Source of the DNA: Nitrosopumilus sp.
GTDB taxonomy: Archaea; Thermoproteota; Nitrososphaeria; Nitrososphaerales; Nitrosopumilaceae
Direction of reading: 5' to 3'
DNA length: 64,000 nt
NCBI GenBank assembly: GCA_965206745.1
Contig: OZ242220.1
Coordinates: forward strand, 736,001-800,000
The translations under genes and the position numbers were made by a program. The notes beneath the pieces are model-generated. The model saw nothing but the letters and a program-made list of their open reading frames with translations. It ran no database searches and was not told the origin of the DNA. Within the stretch, counting starts at the first letter, position 1. Each line of letters starts with the position of its first letter. Below, piece by piece: positions 29,257-39,111 of the stretch.

Positions 29257-32200
29257 TTATCCCTCGGAATCAGTTGGAACGTCAGTTACATGTATGGTAC
29301 CAGGCTGGGGTTCAGATGTAGCTGTACCAACACTGTATGTCCATTCAAATGGGAATGGTAGTGGCGTGTCTCCGGCAGTTGTGGCATCATGTGATACGGT
29401 TCCTTCAAATGTTCCATCATCACGGTTTAGCGTTATGCCAGATGGCAGTGCTTCAGGAAGTACGATGCCATATGTTATGCCAGGTGTCGACCCTGCACCA
29501 ACTATTACACTTGCAAGCGAGGTGGGTATTTGCTGTCCCTCATCGACATCAACAGCGTATGGGCCAGATGTGTCAGGTAGTTCACTTGCTGTTGCAGACA
29601 CAGTAATTGTGTGCGGTTCAGTGCTAGGATCACTAAAACCACCATCACTTAGCGTAAATGTAAATTCGTTATCACCTATATGCTCTTCTGTAGGAGTCCA
29701 TGTGAATTGTGTGGCTGGTCCGGCAGTTACATTAAGTACCGCTCCCAGACTGGTAGGGGATAGATCCCATGTCAAAGGATTGCCATCAAGATCCTCACCG
29801 GTCACAGTAAATGTAACTGGTTCGTCTACAATAGCTGTGATATCGGCATCCGCTGGGATGGTTATGATTGGGTTTCTGACAGGTATTGTAAATTGTACGT
29901 CCCTAGTGACTAGAGTAGTAATTATACCATCAGTCAGTTGGACTGTCATTTCTACCGTTTCACCTTCCTGAGAGCTAACAGGTGTGAATGTGTATTCGCC
30001 GTTAGACGGATCAATGCTTGCGCCACTAGTATTGCCCTCAAGTAGACTCCATACCAGTTCCTCATCACCATCATCATGTGTAGCGGTGAAAGGTATTCTT
30101 ACGAGTTGACCTACAGTGGGCATATCTTCGTAATCTGGTGTGGCATCTATTACCGGTGGTCGGTTGACGTTGGTTACCTCTATGGAACTAGTCTGTTCTA
30201 TGTCAGCATTTGGGCCGCCCTCATCGTCATCATATGTCCACATGAACGTAAAGTTTTGTGTCAAGATTGCATGAGTTGTCGCATTATGGGATACGGTTCC
30301 CGATAATGTTCCATTGGGGTGTAGCGTTATGCCAAGTGGCAGTGTTTCACCGGTTACGAGGGTATATGTTATGACAGATGGCGGAATCTCTACAGGATCA
30401 TCAATTGCACTTGAGAGCGTGGTGAGCATTGTGTCTCCCTCGTTGACACTAACATTGTATGGCTGGCCCATTTTTGGCGCTATATTAACCTCTATCACGT
30501 CAAATTTGATGGTCTCAGTGTCCAATTTCTCTCCAGAATCAGTCAGGGTAAATACAAATCTGACTGTGGATCCACCATGAGTATCATCAGGAGTCCACGA
30601 GAATGCGCCATTCTGATGAATCATTGCATTCGTAGTTGCATTGGCCTGTACAGCCCATACGGGATCAGCATCATTGGTGTCAGGATCCGTACCGTTGAGG
30701 GTAAATGATACTGTTTGATGCTCTAGAGGTGCTCTGCTGATGTTATCTGAAATGGCATCTATCATTGGGCGCCGGTTCTCGTTAGTTACTGTCAGCGTGC
30801 CATTCTGGATAGACGATACTGGGTTGACGCCATCATGATATGTCCATTGGATGGCATAGTCTCGGGTTGGGTTTGAGTAGCTTGCAGTGTTAAATGGGAA
30901 CGTGGCTGAAAATACCCCTGTTCTTGGATCCAGAGAGGTTCTGATGTCGTCAGGTAGGTCAGTGCCGCTTTGTATGATTGCGTATGTGATGGTACCATTT
31001 GCCGGAATCTCAAAGGGGTCACTGACTGCATTTGAGAGGGGTGGGATCCTGCTATTCTCTAATGCTCCTGCATGATAATCCGAAAAGTCAGGCATCTCAT
31101 TTGTCCGTGTGTATGTTACATTAGATACGACAAAATTAATCTCTTCAGTATCTTTTGCCCCTGCAGGATCAGTAAGGGTGACGTTAAATGAGACTGTGTC
31201 TCCATCGTCATACTGGCCACCTGGAATCCACAGGAATGCACCTGTGGCAGGATTGATAATTGCGCCGTCATTGTTTGGAGATATGTTCCATGTTGGAGGA
31301 TTCTCATCTGTATCGGGATCGGTGTCCAGATCCGTACCGTTGAGGGTAAATGATACTGTTTGGAATTCCTCAGGCGTGAGGTCGATATTTAGAGGTGTAT
31401 CAATTACAGGGTCTCGGTTGTCGTTGTTTACTCTGAGTGTGCTGTTTTGAACAGATGATGGACCATTGAAATCCGTATACCTCCATTTAATGTCAAAGTC
31501 TACGAAACTCGGATCAGAGTCTGTAGTGTTAAATGGGAACATAGCTGAAAAGTTACCCGTTGCCGTATCAAAGGAACCCATTACGGTATCTGGTAGGGCA
31601 GGGTCAATTTGTATAATTTCATAACTGGTGGCATTATCTGCTTGAGCTTCAACAGGATCTCGAACTGCTATGGAGAAGGATGGAATCGGCTGCCCCTCAA
31701 GTACCGTCTGTGAATATCTGGTAAATTCAGGTGATTCATTATCTGATGTGAGTTCAGTCTTATCTATCCTAAGTGCGATGGTCTCAATGACTGGTTCATC
31801 TGCTGCATCAGTTAAAGTGAATGTGAACTTTGTTGTGCTGTTGCCATGCTGATCGCCTGGAATCCACAGGAATGTCCCATTTTCTGGATGAATCGTTGCA
31901 CCGGTGGGACTAGTGGAATTGTCTGATACGCTCCATGTTGGTAGAGGATCGTTTGTGTCGGGATCAAAACCACTCATGTTAAATGATATTATGTCAAACT
32001 CAGAGTATATCCTAGGGATGGTGTCCTGAATTGGATCAATTATTGGTGGCTGGTTCTCATTGTTTACAGTTAGGATGCCCTGCTGTATCTTTGATGTTCC
32101 AGTGCCATCTGTAAATGTCCATAGGGACTCGTAGGTTGCAGGATCTTCTTTGGCAGACACTGTATCAAATGGAATGGCGCCTGTAAATGAGCCAGTTGTA

Positions 32201-33819
32201 TGATCCAAGAGTTCTATGATGGATGGGGGCAGGTTGCCGCCTGTAATGTCATAGTTGGATCTGGTGTCTGGTGGTATCTCATCAGGATTTGTAACCACGC
32301 TGGACAAAGGAGTAATGGCATTATCTTCGGATAATGTTTGTGTGTATGGGGTAAATGTCGGTAAATTATTTGGGTCTATCTTAATTGCAACAATTTTACT
32401 TTCTTGCGCTCTTCCAGAATCAATCAGGGTAAATGTAAATCCTGCCGTCATGTCGCCATGAATATCCTTTGGAGTCCATGAGAATGTTGCTCCTGCCACA
32501 TCTATCATGATGCCGTCGTACCTGGCCATCTTTCCTACAATTGCTTGTGTAATAACTGGATTCATGATCATTGTATCTGTAGTGATGTTATGTGTTAACC
32601 TCCACATTGTAGTATCGCCGTCAAGATCCGAGCCTGTCAGGGTAAATACTGTAGGCTCACTTACATAAAGTGATGCGGGGACTGTGTCGGGAAAGTCATC
32701 TATCACCGGGGTTTCGTTGAGAGTACTTTGAATGTAATTGACAAAGAAACTCTTAGTTAACTTGTCGGTGACTACTTTTGAATTAATGGTCTTTTCAGCA
32801 TTAATGACTATTGAATATTCGCCAAGTCCCGAGTTCTCTGGTACATAATATGTTGTAGCAAAGTGCCCTCTGTTACTGGTTATTTCGTTAAATGAATGAA
32901 CCGTGTCACCGTCTGCATTTTTTATCTTGCCTGAAATCTTGACATCATTAATTTTCCCATCATTGAAATTGTAATCGTTATTTTTGTTAATTTTAGGATC
33001 AAAGATAAGGCCACTTAGAGAAAACTCTTTTTTATATTCCACTGAACGGGGATTCTGAACCACTATTTTTATTTGATCATCTATTATTCTCTTAATTGGA
33101 CTTGGAACAGGCCTGTCTTTGTTTACTATTTCTTGCCTTAGTTGCTTGCCTGATTTATTCTGGATCTTTTCTGCATTTTGAGCAATTAATTTTTTGATTA
33201 ACGCACTTTGTTCTTTCTCTTTCTCTTGCTTTTGCAAATCTTTATTGGTAAGTATATCTTCTTGCCTCTTTTGGAATTCCAAAGCTTGCTTTTCCAATCT
33301 ATCTTGTTTCTCCCTGGCCTTTTCTCCCTTGGCATTCTCAACTGCTAATTCTTGAGAGGCAACTTTTAATTTTTGAGCTTCAAACTCTTGCGCGAAATCC
33401 CGAGGTTTGGATTTTTCGGCACTCTGCCCTGTTTTGGCATCTGGGTTGTCTGATTTGAACAATATTCTCTGCTTTTCCCCATCGAGTTTAATTTTAGATA
33501 TTAAAACATAATTTCCCGTATCCTTCTGTTTTCCTAAAACCAGATTCCTCTTTTCATCAATAATGATAAAATAATTTTCTTTGATCTTTACTTTGGGATT
33601 TTCTAAGACTAATTTCTCTGTTTCGCCATCGTTACTGATCGTCAAGTAGGCATCTTTTAATTTATTATCTGCAAAATCAAGATAAATACTTGATTTCTTA
33701 TTCTTTCCAAGTCCTGAACCTTCTAAACTAAGATCATCTGCATCCAAACTGAAAGCATCTTGAGGTATCATTAGCACAAGAATAAGCGCAAGAACAGGCG
33801 CCATCACCAGCAATTTCAT
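29257..33819 (-). CDS. Large secreted surface protein with tandem cadherin-like/Ig (He_PIG-like) repeats
   Basis: Signal peptide, charged coiled coil, then acidic Thr/Pro-rich repeats (N.PP.ID..FTL.GTDxD..W..G.F.WTP..FTLTD; LP.GITL...GT..GT). Confidence 0.85.
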   Translation of the reverse strand: MKLLVMAPVLALILVLMIPQDAFSLDADDLSLEGSGLGKNKKSSIYLDFADNKLKDAYLTISNDGETEKLVLENPKVKIKENYFIIIDEKRNLVLGKQKDTGNYVLISKIKLDGEKQRILFKSDNPDAKTGQSAEKSKPRDFAQEFEAQKLKVASQELAVENAKGEKAREKQDRLEKQALEFQKRQEDILTNKDLQKQEKEKEQSALIKKLIAQNAEKIQNKSGKQLRQEIVNKDRPVPSPIKRIIDDQIKIVVQNPRSVEYKKEFSLSGLIFDPKINKNNDYNFNDGKINDVKISGKIKNADGDTVHSFNEITSNRGHFATTYYVPENSGLGEYSIVINAEKTINSKVVTDKLTKSFFVNYIQSTLNETPVIDDFPDTVPASLYVSEPTVFTLTGSDLDGDTTMWRLTHNITTDTMIMNPVITQAIVGKMARYDGIMIDVAGATFSWTPKDIHGDMTAGFTFTLIDSGRAQESKIVAIKIDPNNLPTFTPYTQTLSEDNAITPLSSVVTNPDEIPPDTRSNYDITGGNLPPSIIELLDHTTGSFTGAIPFDTVSAKEDPATYESLWTFTDGTGTSKIQQGILTVNNENQPPIIDPIQDTIPRIYSEFDIISFNMSGFDPDTNDPLPTWSVSDNSTSPTGATIHPENGTFLWIPGDQHGNSTTKFTFTLTDAADEPVIETIALRIDKTELTSDNESPEFTRYSQTVLEGQPIPSFSIAVRDPVEAQADNATSYEIIQIDPALPDTVMGSFDTATGNFSAMFPFNTTDSDPSFVDFDIKWRYTDFNGPSSVQNSTLRVNNDNRDPVIDTPLNIDLTPEEFQTVSFTLNGTDLDTDPDTDENPPTWNISPNNDGAIINPATGAFLWIPGGQYDDGDTVSFNVTLTDPAGAKDTEEINFVVSNVTYTRTNEMPDFSDYHAGALENSRIPPLSNAVSDPFEIPANGTITYAIIQSGTDLPDDIRTSLDPRTGVFSATFPFNTASYSNPTRDYAIQWTYHDGVNPVSSIQNGTLTVTNENRRPMIDAISDNISRAPLEHQTVSFTLNGTDPDTNDADPVWAVQANATTNAMIHQNGAFSWTPDDTHGGSTVRFVFTLTDSGEKLDTETIKFDVIEVNIAPKMGQPYNVSVNEGDTMLTTLSSAIDDPVEIPPSVITYTLVTGETLPLGITLHPNGTLSGTVSHNATTHAILTQNFTFMWTYDDDEGGPNADIEQTSSIEVTNVNRPPVIDATPDYEDMPTVGQLVRIPFTATHDDGDEELVWSLLEGNTSGASIDPSNGEYTFTPVSSQEGETVEMTVQLTDGIITTLVTRDVQFTIPVRNPIITIPADADITAIVDEPVTFTVTGEDLDGNPLTWDLSPTSLGAVLNVTAGPATQFTWTPTEEHIGDNEFTFTLSDGGFSDPSTEPHTITVSATASELPDTSGPYAVDVDEGQQIPTSLASVIVGAGSTPGITYGIVLPEALPSGITLNRDDGTFEGTVSHDATTAGDTPLPFPFEWTYSVGTATSEPQPGTIHVTDVPTDSEG
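30684..31362. repeat. 34-bp exact direct repeat within the surface-protein gene (30684-30717 and 31329-31362)
   Basis: gatccgtaccgttgagggtaaatgatactgtttg occurs twice; cctggaatccacaggaatg also occurs at 31220 and 31856. Confidence 0.9.
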
Positions 33820-34237
33820 ATGCGATTTTATTATCTGCGGTTAATATATTATTTGTATACTTTTGAGTATGAGGCCGGCTATTCAAAAAACCAGATACAA
33901 AAATATTCCTGATTGTATTGATTCATGCCTGATGGTGCACCGGCTAGCTGACACATTTTTGAACTGATAACTCAATACTAGTCAATAATTTCTACGTAAA
34001 GAAGACATGCATTACATCCATTCTCAATCACCGAATTGGTTTGACCAAATCAAGATTGTCGAATCTCAGAGAATGTTCAGGATTAAAAGTAATGGCTGAA
34101 CATTGCATAAAATCTGCCTTGAAAAATAAGCAAGATGAAATTACTCATCAACACAGAGTTCATCTGCGTTTGTAGAGTTTAAGGTGATATTTTACCTAAT
34201 TACAAAATATGATGATCCAAACGGACTATTCTCCAAT

Positions 34238-35236
34238 CTATTTTTGTGGCTTCTCAGCAAGTATTCCCTTTGGCCTAAACAACAAAACAATAATTACCAC
34301 ACCACCTAGCAACAAATAATCAAGCCAGATAATATCAAAGGGGAGATAGTCTGCAAACAAGTCATTGTAAAAGATTATCGACTTTCGAATAACAACAAAA
34401 ATCAGGGTGCCCAGCAAGACCCCCTTGTTGTTTGCCATGCCGCCAACTATGACCATGACCAAAGGCAAAAACGTCCAGTTCAGCCTGTTATACCCAAATG
34501 CCACAACCCCCTCAACGTATGAGGCATAAAGCAAACCGCCTATTGCACCGATCATACCTGCAATCATCAGTGTCTTTATCTTGGTGTGTACGATGTTTCT
34601 TCCCAGGGATTGCAGTGCAACCTCGTCGTCTCTAGTTGCGCGAAGCAATCGCCCGACAGGGGAGTTTGTAAATTTAGATACGACAAAGTAGATGATTCCT
34701 GCAAAGCCTAGCAACACCAAGCTAGATCCCAAGAATCTAAACTCATCGGGCAGAAACGACATAAAGTCAGGAACCCCTACACCTAGAGTACCGCCTACTA
34801 ATCCCTCATAGTTAATTCCCACAATGCGTATGATCTCGCCGAACGCTAACAAGACTATTGCAAGATAGTCTCCCCGAAGTCTTATTGCAGGGTATGATGA
34901 TATGATGCCCAATAGCATCCCTACAAATATGGCAATCAGTACAGTTACTGCAAAAACCAAAACTGACAACTCTGGATGTGTCTGTATGTGTGAGTTTATC
35001 TGGGATATCACATCTATATTATCATGTATCGGGTCTCCCTCAATTCCCAGGATATAGCCATAGAGGCGAATGGGAATGATTCCCATCACGAATGCCCCTG
35101 CCCCCACAACTAACACTTTGCCAAAGTTGGGAATACCTGCAAAGCCAAACTCGAGATTCAGGCTGAGATTAATTATCAGATATATTGAAAAAATTGCAAT
35201 CAGATCTGTAAAAAATATAATTTCAGAGCCTATCAT
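34238..35236 (-). CDS. livM: Branched-chain amino acid ABC transporter permease
   Basis: LNLEFGFAGIPNFG, RLRGDYLAI, SPVGRLLRATRDDE, RPKGIL. Confidence 0.9.
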   Translation of the reverse strand: MIGSEIIFFTDLIAIFSIYLIINLSLNLEFGFAGIPNFGKVLVVGAGAFVMGIIPIRLYGYILGIEGDPIHDNIDVISQINSHIQTHPELSVLVFAVTVLIAIFVGMLLGIISSYPAIRLRGDYLAIVLLAFGEIIRIVGINYEGLVGGTLGVGVPDFMSFLPDEFRFLGSSLVLLGFAGIIYFVVSKFTNSPVGRLLRATRDDEVALQSLGRNIVHTKIKTLMIAGMIGAIGGLLYASYVEGVVAFGYNRLNWTFLPLVMVIVGGMANNKGVLLGTLIFVVIRKSIIFYNDLFADYLPFDIIWLDYLLLGGVVIIVLLFRPKGILAEKPQK

Positions 35237-36135
35237 TTTTGTCTCATCCTTTTTATTACATGTGATATTCCCTTGGGCGATATCAATAGTGTAGCTATGA
35301 TAAAGATGAACGGTATGATTGGCCTATACGGTACAATCCAGTATCCAAAGATAGATGCCAGTCTTTCAGTGCCAATAATCTCACTAAATCCGATAACTAT
35401 GCCTCCAAGTACAGCACCATAAATGCTCGAGAAACCTCCCACGATACTTCCTGCAAAAACACTTGGAAGCATTATGGCTGAAAGGCTTGGATCTCCCTGG
35501 AACCACAAAGACATCAACACGCCTGCCAGTCCGCCCAAGCCTCCGCTTAGAAACCACGACACACAAAATATCTTAGTCGTGTTGATTCCAAAACTAGATG
35601 CAAGATCGGTGTTTTCGATGCTTGCCCTCATCGATATTCCAAATTTTGTCTTGTACAGTAAATAATACAGACCAATAACCAGAGCTGTTATGGTTATCAT
35701 TGATACTATTAGTACCAGTGGCACGTCGTATACCAGTATGTCGTAACTCCTTAATGTAAAATCCCTGGAGCTTATCCGAAATGTATGGTGTATAGAGTCT
35801 GCGATAATATTGAGAATGCCTATCATAAAGATGTCAAATGCCAAAGTAGCAAGGATTAGTGACAGGTAAGATGATTTTCTCTTCTTTAAAACCCTGATTA
35901 TGCCATAGTACAAAAACAATGAGGTTGCACCAGATACTGCAAATGCTAACGGTATCGCGACATAGGGGTTTGTCTCAAATATCTTTGTTGTAATCAGTGC
36001 CATGTACATTCCAAGTATTGCAAATGAGGTATGGGCAAAATTTGGGACGTTTGTTATTTTGTATGTCAGAGTCAATCCCACGCACAGGACAACTAGTACG
36101 CAGGAATACACGATGGCGTCGACTAGGAGTATCAT
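35233..36135 (-). CDS. livH: Branched-chain amino acid ABC transporter permease
   Basis: GLTLTY..NFAH, TKFGISMRA..EN..A..FGIN, GG..SIYGA, PKGI. Confidence 0.9.
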   Translation of the reverse strand: MILLVDAIVYSCVLVVLCVGLTLTYKITNVPNFAHTSFAILGMYMALITTKIFETNPYVAIPLAFAVSGATSLFLYYGIIRVLKKRKSSYLSLILATLAFDIFMIGILNIIADSIHHTFRISSRDFTLRSYDILVYDVPLVLIVSMITITALVIGLYYLLYKTKFGISMRASIENTDLASSFGINTTKIFCVSWFLSGGLGGLAGVLMSLWFQGDPSLSAIMLPSVFAGSIVGGFSSIYGAVLGGIVIGFSEIIGTERLASIFGYWIVPYRPIIPFIFIIATLLISPKGISHVIKRMRQK

Positions 36136-36839
36136 TTTACATCAATTCCCAAATAATTTGATGCAAGATCGGGATCAGACAACAGTTTTTGCGGCGTTCC
36201 GTTGTATGCCACCTTGCCGTTTGTAAATAAATAACACGCATCGCAGATACTCAGGGCGTTTTTTATGTTCTGTTCTACTAGAATGACACAGTTGTCCATT
36301 TTTTTTTGTATCTCCTTGATTTTATCCAAAACCATCTCTGCATTTTTTGGCGAAAGATTTGCAGTTGGTTCATCAAAGAGCATCACGTCTGGGCGTTTTG
36401 ATATTGTCATTGCCATTGCCAATAACTGTCGCTGTCCTCCGCTAAGCTGCCTTGCATCCAAATTCAGAATGTCCCTTAGCGTCGGGAAAAAATCAAAGAC
36501 ATATTCAAGATCAGGCGAGTTGGGAAGATTCCCGATTACCAAATTCTCATAGACGCTAAGATCTGCAAACACGTTATTGTTCTGTGCCATATATGTGACT
36601 CCCAATGACTGCATCTTGAATGTTGGAATGTCTGTGATTTCCTGCCGATGTAAATATATCGATCCTGAGAAAATATCACACAACCCATAGATTGATTTTA
36701 GCAGCGTGCTTTTGCCTGAGCCATTAGATCCTACAATCACTATGATGTTGTTATCTGCACTGAAACTGACGTCGTGTAATATCTGTTTTTTGTCATACCC
36801 ACTGCATAAATTTTTTACATCGATTGTCATTATGGTCAC
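36132..36839 (-). CDS. livF: Branched-chain amino acid ABC transporter ATPase
   Basis: GSNGSGKST, LSGGQRQ, FDEPT, LVEQN. Confidence 0.9.
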   Translation of the reverse strand: MTIMTIDVKNLCSGYDKKQILHDVSFSADNNIIVIVGSNGSGKSTLLKSIYGLCDIFSGSIYLHRQEITDIPTFKMQSLGVTYMAQNNNVFADLSVYENLVIGNLPNSPDLEYVFDFFPTLRDILNLDARQLSGGQRQLLAMAMTISKRPDVMLFDEPTANLSPKNAEMVLDKIKEIQKKMDNCVILVEQNIKNALSICDACYLFTNGKVAYNGTPQKLLSDPDLASNYLGIDVK

Positions 36840-37585
36840 CTGAGATATGATGAGATTACTTTCTCATCGGCGAGTATCTTGTCAGGCGCGTCTTGTGCGA
36901 TCAGTTCCCCATTGTCCATAACAAAAGCATGGTGGGAGTATTCTAGTGCAATATCTAGTCTGTGTTCTACAATCAAAAACGTGGTCTTGTTTGTCTTATT
37001 GATATCGCAAATTTTTTTGAAAATCTCATGGGCAAGTTTTGGGGCTATTCCTGCTATTGGCTCATCAAGTAAAACGATTTTGGAGTCGCTCATCAATGTT
37101 TTTGCAAGCTCCAGCAATTTTATCTGTCCGCCGCTAAGATCATATGCCAGGTTGGAGGATAACTGTTCAAGTCCCAGCACTCTGAGGATGTCTAATGCCG
37201 TCTCCCTTATCTGTTCTTCTTGCTTCTCCCATCTTTTTTGTAGCAATGCAAGACGAAATGATTCGCCAACACAATATCTGGCCATCAGCAGGTTCTCTAG
37301 GGCAGACAGGTTGGAGAATAATCTAGGCGTCTGAAACGTCCTGATGATGCCCAGATTAAATATCTCATCAGGGCGTTTTTTTGAGATATCCCTGCCATCT
37401 AAGAGGATTTGACCCTCATCTATCCTGAGCAGTCCTGAGAGTGCATTGATAGTTGTAGTTTTGCCTGAACCGTTGGAACCCATGAGCAAATTTATCTGTC
37501 CTTCTTTGATATTCAGAGACAGGTTATTTACTGCAGTGTTGCCGCCATATTGCTTTGTTATATTGTGTAGTTCAAGTATGCTCAA
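36836..37585 (-). CDS. livG: Branched-chain amino acid ABC transporter ATPase
   Basis: GSNGSGKTT, RTFQ, LSGGQ, LLDEP, IVEH, VISSYL; TTG start overlapping the SBP stop. Confidence 0.9.
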   Translation of the reverse strand: MSILELHNITKQYGGNTAVNNLSLNIKEGQINLLMGSNGSGKTTTINALSGLLRIDEGQILLDGRDISKKRPDEIFNLGIIRTFQTPRLFSNLSALENLLMARYCVGESFRLALLQKRWEKQEEQIRETALDILRVLGLEQLSSNLAYDLSGGQIKLLELAKTLMSDSKIVLLDEPIAGIAPKLAHEIFKKICDINKTNKTTFLIVEHRLDIALEYSHHAFVMDNGELIAQDAPDKILADEKVISSYLR

Positions 37586-38835
37586 TTGAAAATCAAACTG
37601 TTTGAGGCTGCATCGTATTTGCCTGACAATGTCCACACGCCCTCAGATACTATCCATAACTCATAGTCACTCTTGTCCAAATCTCCATATTCGTTTAATA
37701 CTATGTTGCCGATGGCACCTACATGGTTTGAGGCTATCTCAGGCAGCCGCTCTTTGATTAAATTTGCGTCTAAGGATTGTAGATCAAGTATTGTCAATCC
37801 CAAGAGCCATACTGAATCATAAGAAGAGTAGGCATAATTGTTAGGCGAGGATCCTGTCTCTATGATAAAATGATCATGTACTTTTTGATATATGTCGTTT
37901 TTGGATGCTGAGAACTGTGGTGCAATCAAACCCACACTTTCAACAAACTCTGATGATATCCTATCATCTGTGATCTTGTCATCATTAGCTGATGCATCTG
38001 AACCAATCCATAATATGTTGTGTAAATTATCATAAGAGTCTGCAGAGTTTAACAGGTGTACTGACTCGTCAAAAGAATACATGACAATTGCGATCTCATC
38101 GACTGTATAGTCATTCAGATAAAAATCTACACGATCAGATATCAATTTGACCTCTGTGGAAAACACGGTGATCTCAGGAGAATACCTGATACCCTCATCT
38201 ATTATTCCACCTATGCTCTCAAAAGATAACTTTGATGATTCAAACAGGCCATCGCCCCAAACATCAGCACGATAAATGGGGATTGCAACTTTGATGTCAT
38301 TGTATGATAATAGCTCTGCTAGCACCACTCCCTGTTTGGTGTCATCAGGAACTAGACGGAAGATGTTGTCCTCTATTGCAAGCTTGGGGGATGTGGATGA
38401 CGGACTGATTAATAGCATCCCGTTAGAGTCTGCATATGATTTTACGTTCCTCAACTCACTGCTTGACTGTGTTCCCAAAACCAGCTTTATCCCCTTTGAA
38501 TTTACTGACTGGAGTTTTTCCAATGCCACGATGGGATCTGTCTGTGTATCCTCTACAACCAGATTCATACGCCATGGGGCATCTATTGACTCTAGATAAT
38601 CATTAAAATCAGATTTTGCAAACTGGATTGCAATGTTGCTGTCTTGGCCATGGCTTGCAATGTCCCCTGTTGCCGGAAGCAACACGCCTATGTTGACGGT
38701 TTCTGGGAGTGCCTGTATTTGGCTTGTATTATCGGACTGATCCTGTGATGGGTCTGACATACTAGATACGGAGTAGGATATTGCAGATATTATTATTGCT
38801 ACAGAAATTATGACAATTATGGCTTTGGTTTTCAT
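37582..38835 (-). CDS. livK: ABC transporter substrate-binding protein (LivJ/K, PBP1 fold)
   Basis: N-terminal TM anchor, IGVLLP.TG, EDTQTDP, ISPSSTSP.L, FRLVPDD, YDSVW, G.I.LNEYGD. Confidence 0.85.
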   Translation of the reverse strand: MKTKAIIVIISVAIIISAISYSVSSMSDPSQDQSDNTSQIQALPETVNIGVLLPATGDIASHGQDSNIAIQFAKSDFNDYLESIDAPWRMNLVVEDTQTDPIVALEKLQSVNSKGIKLVLGTQSSSELRNVKSYADSNGMLLISPSSTSPKLAIEDNIFRLVPDDTKQGVVLAELLSYNDIKVAIPIYRADVWGDGLFESSKLSFESIGGIIDEGIRYSPEITVFSTEVKLISDRVDFYLNDYTVDEIAIVMYSFDESVHLLNSADSYDNLHNILWIGSDASANDDKITDDRISSEFVESVGLIAPQFSASKNDIYQKVHDHFIIETGSSPNNYAYSSYDSVWLLGLTILDLQSLDANLIKERLPEIASNHVGAIGNIVLNEYGDLDKSDYELWIVSEGVWTLSGKYDAASNSLIFN

Positions 38836-39111
38836 TTACAATAAGTGCAAAAATGTGTTATATAATATGTTCTAAAAAGGGTACCGTATAAGATGCTGGC
38901 CTGTGTCCCTGTCACATCATTTATTGATCGCAAATTTGGAGGCAACCTCTACGTGGCCTGTTATCCAATTTTACAATCCTCAAGCAATCCTGAAACTCGC
39001 TCTGGTATTGATAAAAGCACTTTTGATCAGCTCCAAAACGCCTTTTCCATCATGATTCTCATTTTGATCTTTAAGAACCAGACGAATGCTTTAATTTGGT
39101 TCTAGGAGATT

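Noticed and set aside
29246-29971. 241-aa ORF on + strand
   Set aside because: Antisense shadow of the large surface protein; the same applies to 12387-13133, 16357-17079, 28137-28808 and other opposite-strand ORFs
34209-34260. ATGATGA C-box-like motif
   Set aside because: No D box CTGA at a suitable distance
20560-39050. Integrative mobile element or provirus
   Set aside because: No integrase, transposase, viral genes or tRNA-derived att repeat found; the 3' end of tRNA-Pro was not seen duplicated
38893-39105. 70-aa ORF upstream of DUF1512
   Set aside because: No motif, lies in a promoter region; no support for coding
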